Assembly (NCBI GenBank): GCA_026770705.1
Contig: JANJGN010000026.1
Coordinates: 25,172,001-25,236,000 of the forward strand
DNA: 64,000 nucleotides
Reading direction: 5' to 3'
DNA from: Isurus oxyrinchus
Taxonomy: Eukaryota
The notes beneath the pieces were generated by a model. That model had not been told where the DNA came from. It saw only the letters and a program-made list of their open reading frames with translations, and searched no databases. Positions 62,606-64,000 of this stretch are shown in pieces (position 1 is the first letter of the stretch; each line of letters starts with the position of its first letter). Position numbers and translations under genes: made by a program.

Positions 62606-63289
62606 GCTTTATTTCATGAATTATAATCCCTCTGAGGGGTTTCTCGCAAATCACCAAGCAATATTTCCCATCTCATGTGATTAATTTCTAGTTCTAGTCT
62701 CAGTATTTCAGTTAGCTTCAGTCAGTCATTATTCTCAACGGTTTTGGCAGATATTTGGGGGTGGGTCTCTAAGTCTCCTCCCAGTAATTGTCAACACAAT
62801 TGGATGATGTAAGATTGTAAGAGATTATATCAAAGTGACAAAATAACCTGATGTTGCGATACACAAGGGGATGGTCTCAACTGTCCTCTCTCTGGAAATT
62901 CCTCTAAAATGTGTTTTGGCGTTATCACAGGATTAATCTGTTAGATCGCTGTTTCGTTTGAATTAAGGACCAGAGGCAATATATCGCAAAGTATGGATGC
63001 TTCAGTGTAAACACGAACGTTACAGTAAAATTATGTTAATGCACTCAATGAGTCACCACAAATTATATAGGCCAGCACATAGTAAAGTGAATGTGAATAC
63101 GTCCCCCGAATTCGTAGTATTGCAGGTTTCCTCACACCAGCAGATGCACTCACTGACTAACGTTTCTCTCAGTCTGATACTTAATACTGTGACCTTCCAT
63201 ATCTCTGATGAAACCCGCTTCAAATGTGGATTATAGAGAGAAACTTTGCATTACAATTTCCCGCGGAAGCCCTGCTCACAGTCTCCGTT

Positions 63290-63555
63290 TTCTGCTCCCA
63301 CTCTGACCCGCCTTGCCTGCCCTGTGTTATTGGAGAGAATGCTGCAGTCTCTCCACGACTGTATCAAAAACTGTCTAACGCTGCCTTGAATGAATTAAGT
63401 GACCTTGCTTCCACTGCTCTCTGGAGAGGAGAATTCCATTTAAGAACGGCGGCCTGAGAGAAAATTCTTCTCGTCCCAGCCCTAAAAGTTAGAGCTTTTA
63501 TTCGCAATCTGTATCCCCTCGTTCTAGTCTCCTCCACAAGCGGAAACATCCCTTT
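63290..63555 (-). mobile_element. CR1-type LINE 3' fragment
   Basis: MFPLVEETRTRGYRLRIK...FSQAAVLKWNSPLQRAVEARSLNSFKAALDSF. Confidence 0.8.
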
Positions 63556-64000
63556 TACCGCGCTGTTATTCTTAAAATTTCTTACGACCCACTGGCCGCC
63601 TGTCTCGGCTGCAGGTAGTTCTCGTTTAATTGGGGGTCCTGCTCTGATACTCGAACAAAATTAACTTTTCCTTTTCTGTCTTCGCCTTTCAGGTTTCACC
63701 TGTGAATGAGCCAAGATTGGGTTTAATCTTCGTACAGTTGTCTGTTGCGAGTTGAACAAATTCACTTTCCCCCGGCGCCGTTCGCATAAAATGAAGGTCA
63801 AATCACAGGTGAGCTGATGGGCTGCATTGAAAACAAAGGGGTTTTCGGCTGATTGGCTATCACCTGATGACGTTCTCAGCAACGAACAATCAGCAGAGAC
63901 CCGGATGTTACTCAAGCTCCTCCCAATTCTTGAATGAAACAAGATCAACTTCAATCTCTCCTTTGCCTCGGTCTATCACTGACCTTCTACCAGCTTCGCC

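Noticed and set aside
63840-63940. Promoter and leader of a further V gene
   Set aside because: CCAAT and TGACG motifs are present, but the ATG frame stops after 10 codons with no donor, and the window ends before any V exon.

Overview
Eukaryotic, repeat-rich DNA from a cartilaginous fish, almost certainly a shark; the species cannot be determined from sequence alone. Most of the window (13-59 kb) is the V-segment region of a T-cell receptor alpha/delta locus. It holds about 17 conventional V segments or relics (leader exon, short intron, V exon, 23-RSS) in both orientations, arranged in duplicated and inverted cassettes. Only two look fully functional (23911-24387 and 25670-26188, both minus strand); two more have open V exons but are atypical, and the rest are pseudogenes. 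Embedded among them are two tail-to-tail, inverted NAR-TCR (IgNAR-like V) cassettes. One is an unrearranged V-(D)-J cluster (54006-55334, minus). The other is already joined in the genome as an in-frame VDJ exon and still has its leader intron (45952-46487, plus). Between them is a tandem array of five 23-RSS units (50432-50712) behind a decayed V. The left end carries an intron-containing tRNA-Arg(TCT)-like gene and a two-exon GPR139/142-like GPCR pseudogene. No constant-region exon or conventional J-alpha/J-delta segment was seen. The rest is CR1/L2-type LINE fragments, SINEs, a Penelope-like remnant, a hairpin element, microsatellites and a 135-N gap. Most ORFs in the supplied track are spurious.
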